Shown here piece after piece: positions 63,783 to 64,000 of a stretch of DNA of 64,000 nucleotides. The DNA comes from an uncultured Erysipelotrichaceae bacterium (GTDB lineage: Bacteria; Bacillota_I; Bacilli_A; RF39; UBA660). The notes beneath the pieces are model-generated. The model did not search any database. It saw only the letters and a program-made list of their open reading frames with translations, and was not told the origin of the DNA. How positions within the stretch are numbered: position 1 is the first letter of the stretch; each line of letters starts with the position of its first letter. The position numbers and the translations under genes are program-made. Location: NCBI GenBank assembly GCA_902793375.1, contig CADBDE010000002.1:15810-79809 (forward strand), given 5' to 3'.

Positions 63783-64000
63783 CTATTTCTTCTTTTTACT
63801 ATTTTCTAATATGTAATAATCTATTGTAGGTATTGTTTCTACAAGAAAATCATAATTTTTAAAATACATTATAATTTCTGATGAATCACCTTTAGAATAA
63901 TATCCATCAGGTACTTTTGTATTTTCTTTCATTGTACCTTTAAAGAATTTAATAAAATCAGGATTAGCTTTATTTATTCTATCTAAGTATTCTTTGGCTT
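63783..64000 (-). CDS. 3' end of an unidentified gene (continues beyond the window end)
   Basis: My translation reads ...AKEYLDRINKANPDFIKFFKGTMKENTKVPDGYYSKGDSSEIIMYFKNYDFLVETIPTIDYYILENSKKKK and a stop (TAG at 63783-63785). It is open to the window edge. No motif recognised. Confidence 0.4.
   Translation of the reverse strand, partial: AKEYLDRINKANPDFIKFFKGTMKENTKVPDGYYSKGDSSEIIMYFKNYDFLVETIPTIDYYILENSKKKK

Overview
Very AT-rich window, roughly 25-30% GC from hand counts of several 60-nt lines. It comes from an endospore-forming Firmicute, shown by spoIVA, spoVIF and an alpha/beta-type SASP gene. Gene order resembles Bacillus: rodZ-pgsA, gpsB-rnpB, recU-ponA, dnaD-nth, cca, hup, spoIVA, der, engB, thiI-SASP, gatCAB. 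About 85% of genes are on the minus strand, which is probably the leading strand. From 1 to about 47.8 kb the content is mostly core housekeeping: cell envelope, translation, tRNA modification, central metabolism and sporulation. From about 47.9 to 64 kb it is more accessory and partly decayed. This part holds a CIRCE-controlled hsp20, small lipoproteins, a degraded SanA/DUF218 gene, an OatA-like acyltransferase, a second DUF218 gene and a giant Lys/Glu-rich membrane protein. It also holds a decayed lipocalin-like lipoprotein, a Cys-rich surface protein, a transposase-tail remnant, an XRE regulator, tRNA-Trp and a 5'-truncated LysM amidase. RNA genes are RNase P RNA (type B) and tRNA-Trp(CCA). 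I found no CRISPR array, no intact mobile element, no rRNA and no recognisable canonical defence, toxin-antitoxin or secretion machinery. The most plausible candidates for undescribed biology are all modest and inferential. They are a self-promoted pair of WXG100-like small helical proteins with no type VII apparatus nearby (12.4-13.2 kb), and a loose cell-envelope neighbourhood at 49.5-57.4 kb. That neighbourhood contains a 614-aa coiled-coil protein coupled to a SanA remnant, an OatA with a second degenerate SGNH-like domain, a DUF218 protein and a roughly 450-residue K/E-rich protein. Other candidates are an orphan 466-aa pilin-like protein, a PP2C variant overlapping dxs, a degenerate GGDEF sensor and a GC-rich orphan amine-dehydrogenase-family gene. 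Start codons were refined by eye from RBS spacing. The ORF track evidently also writes GTG and TTG starts as M. Terminator and promoter coordinates are hand-derived, accurate to within a few nt.
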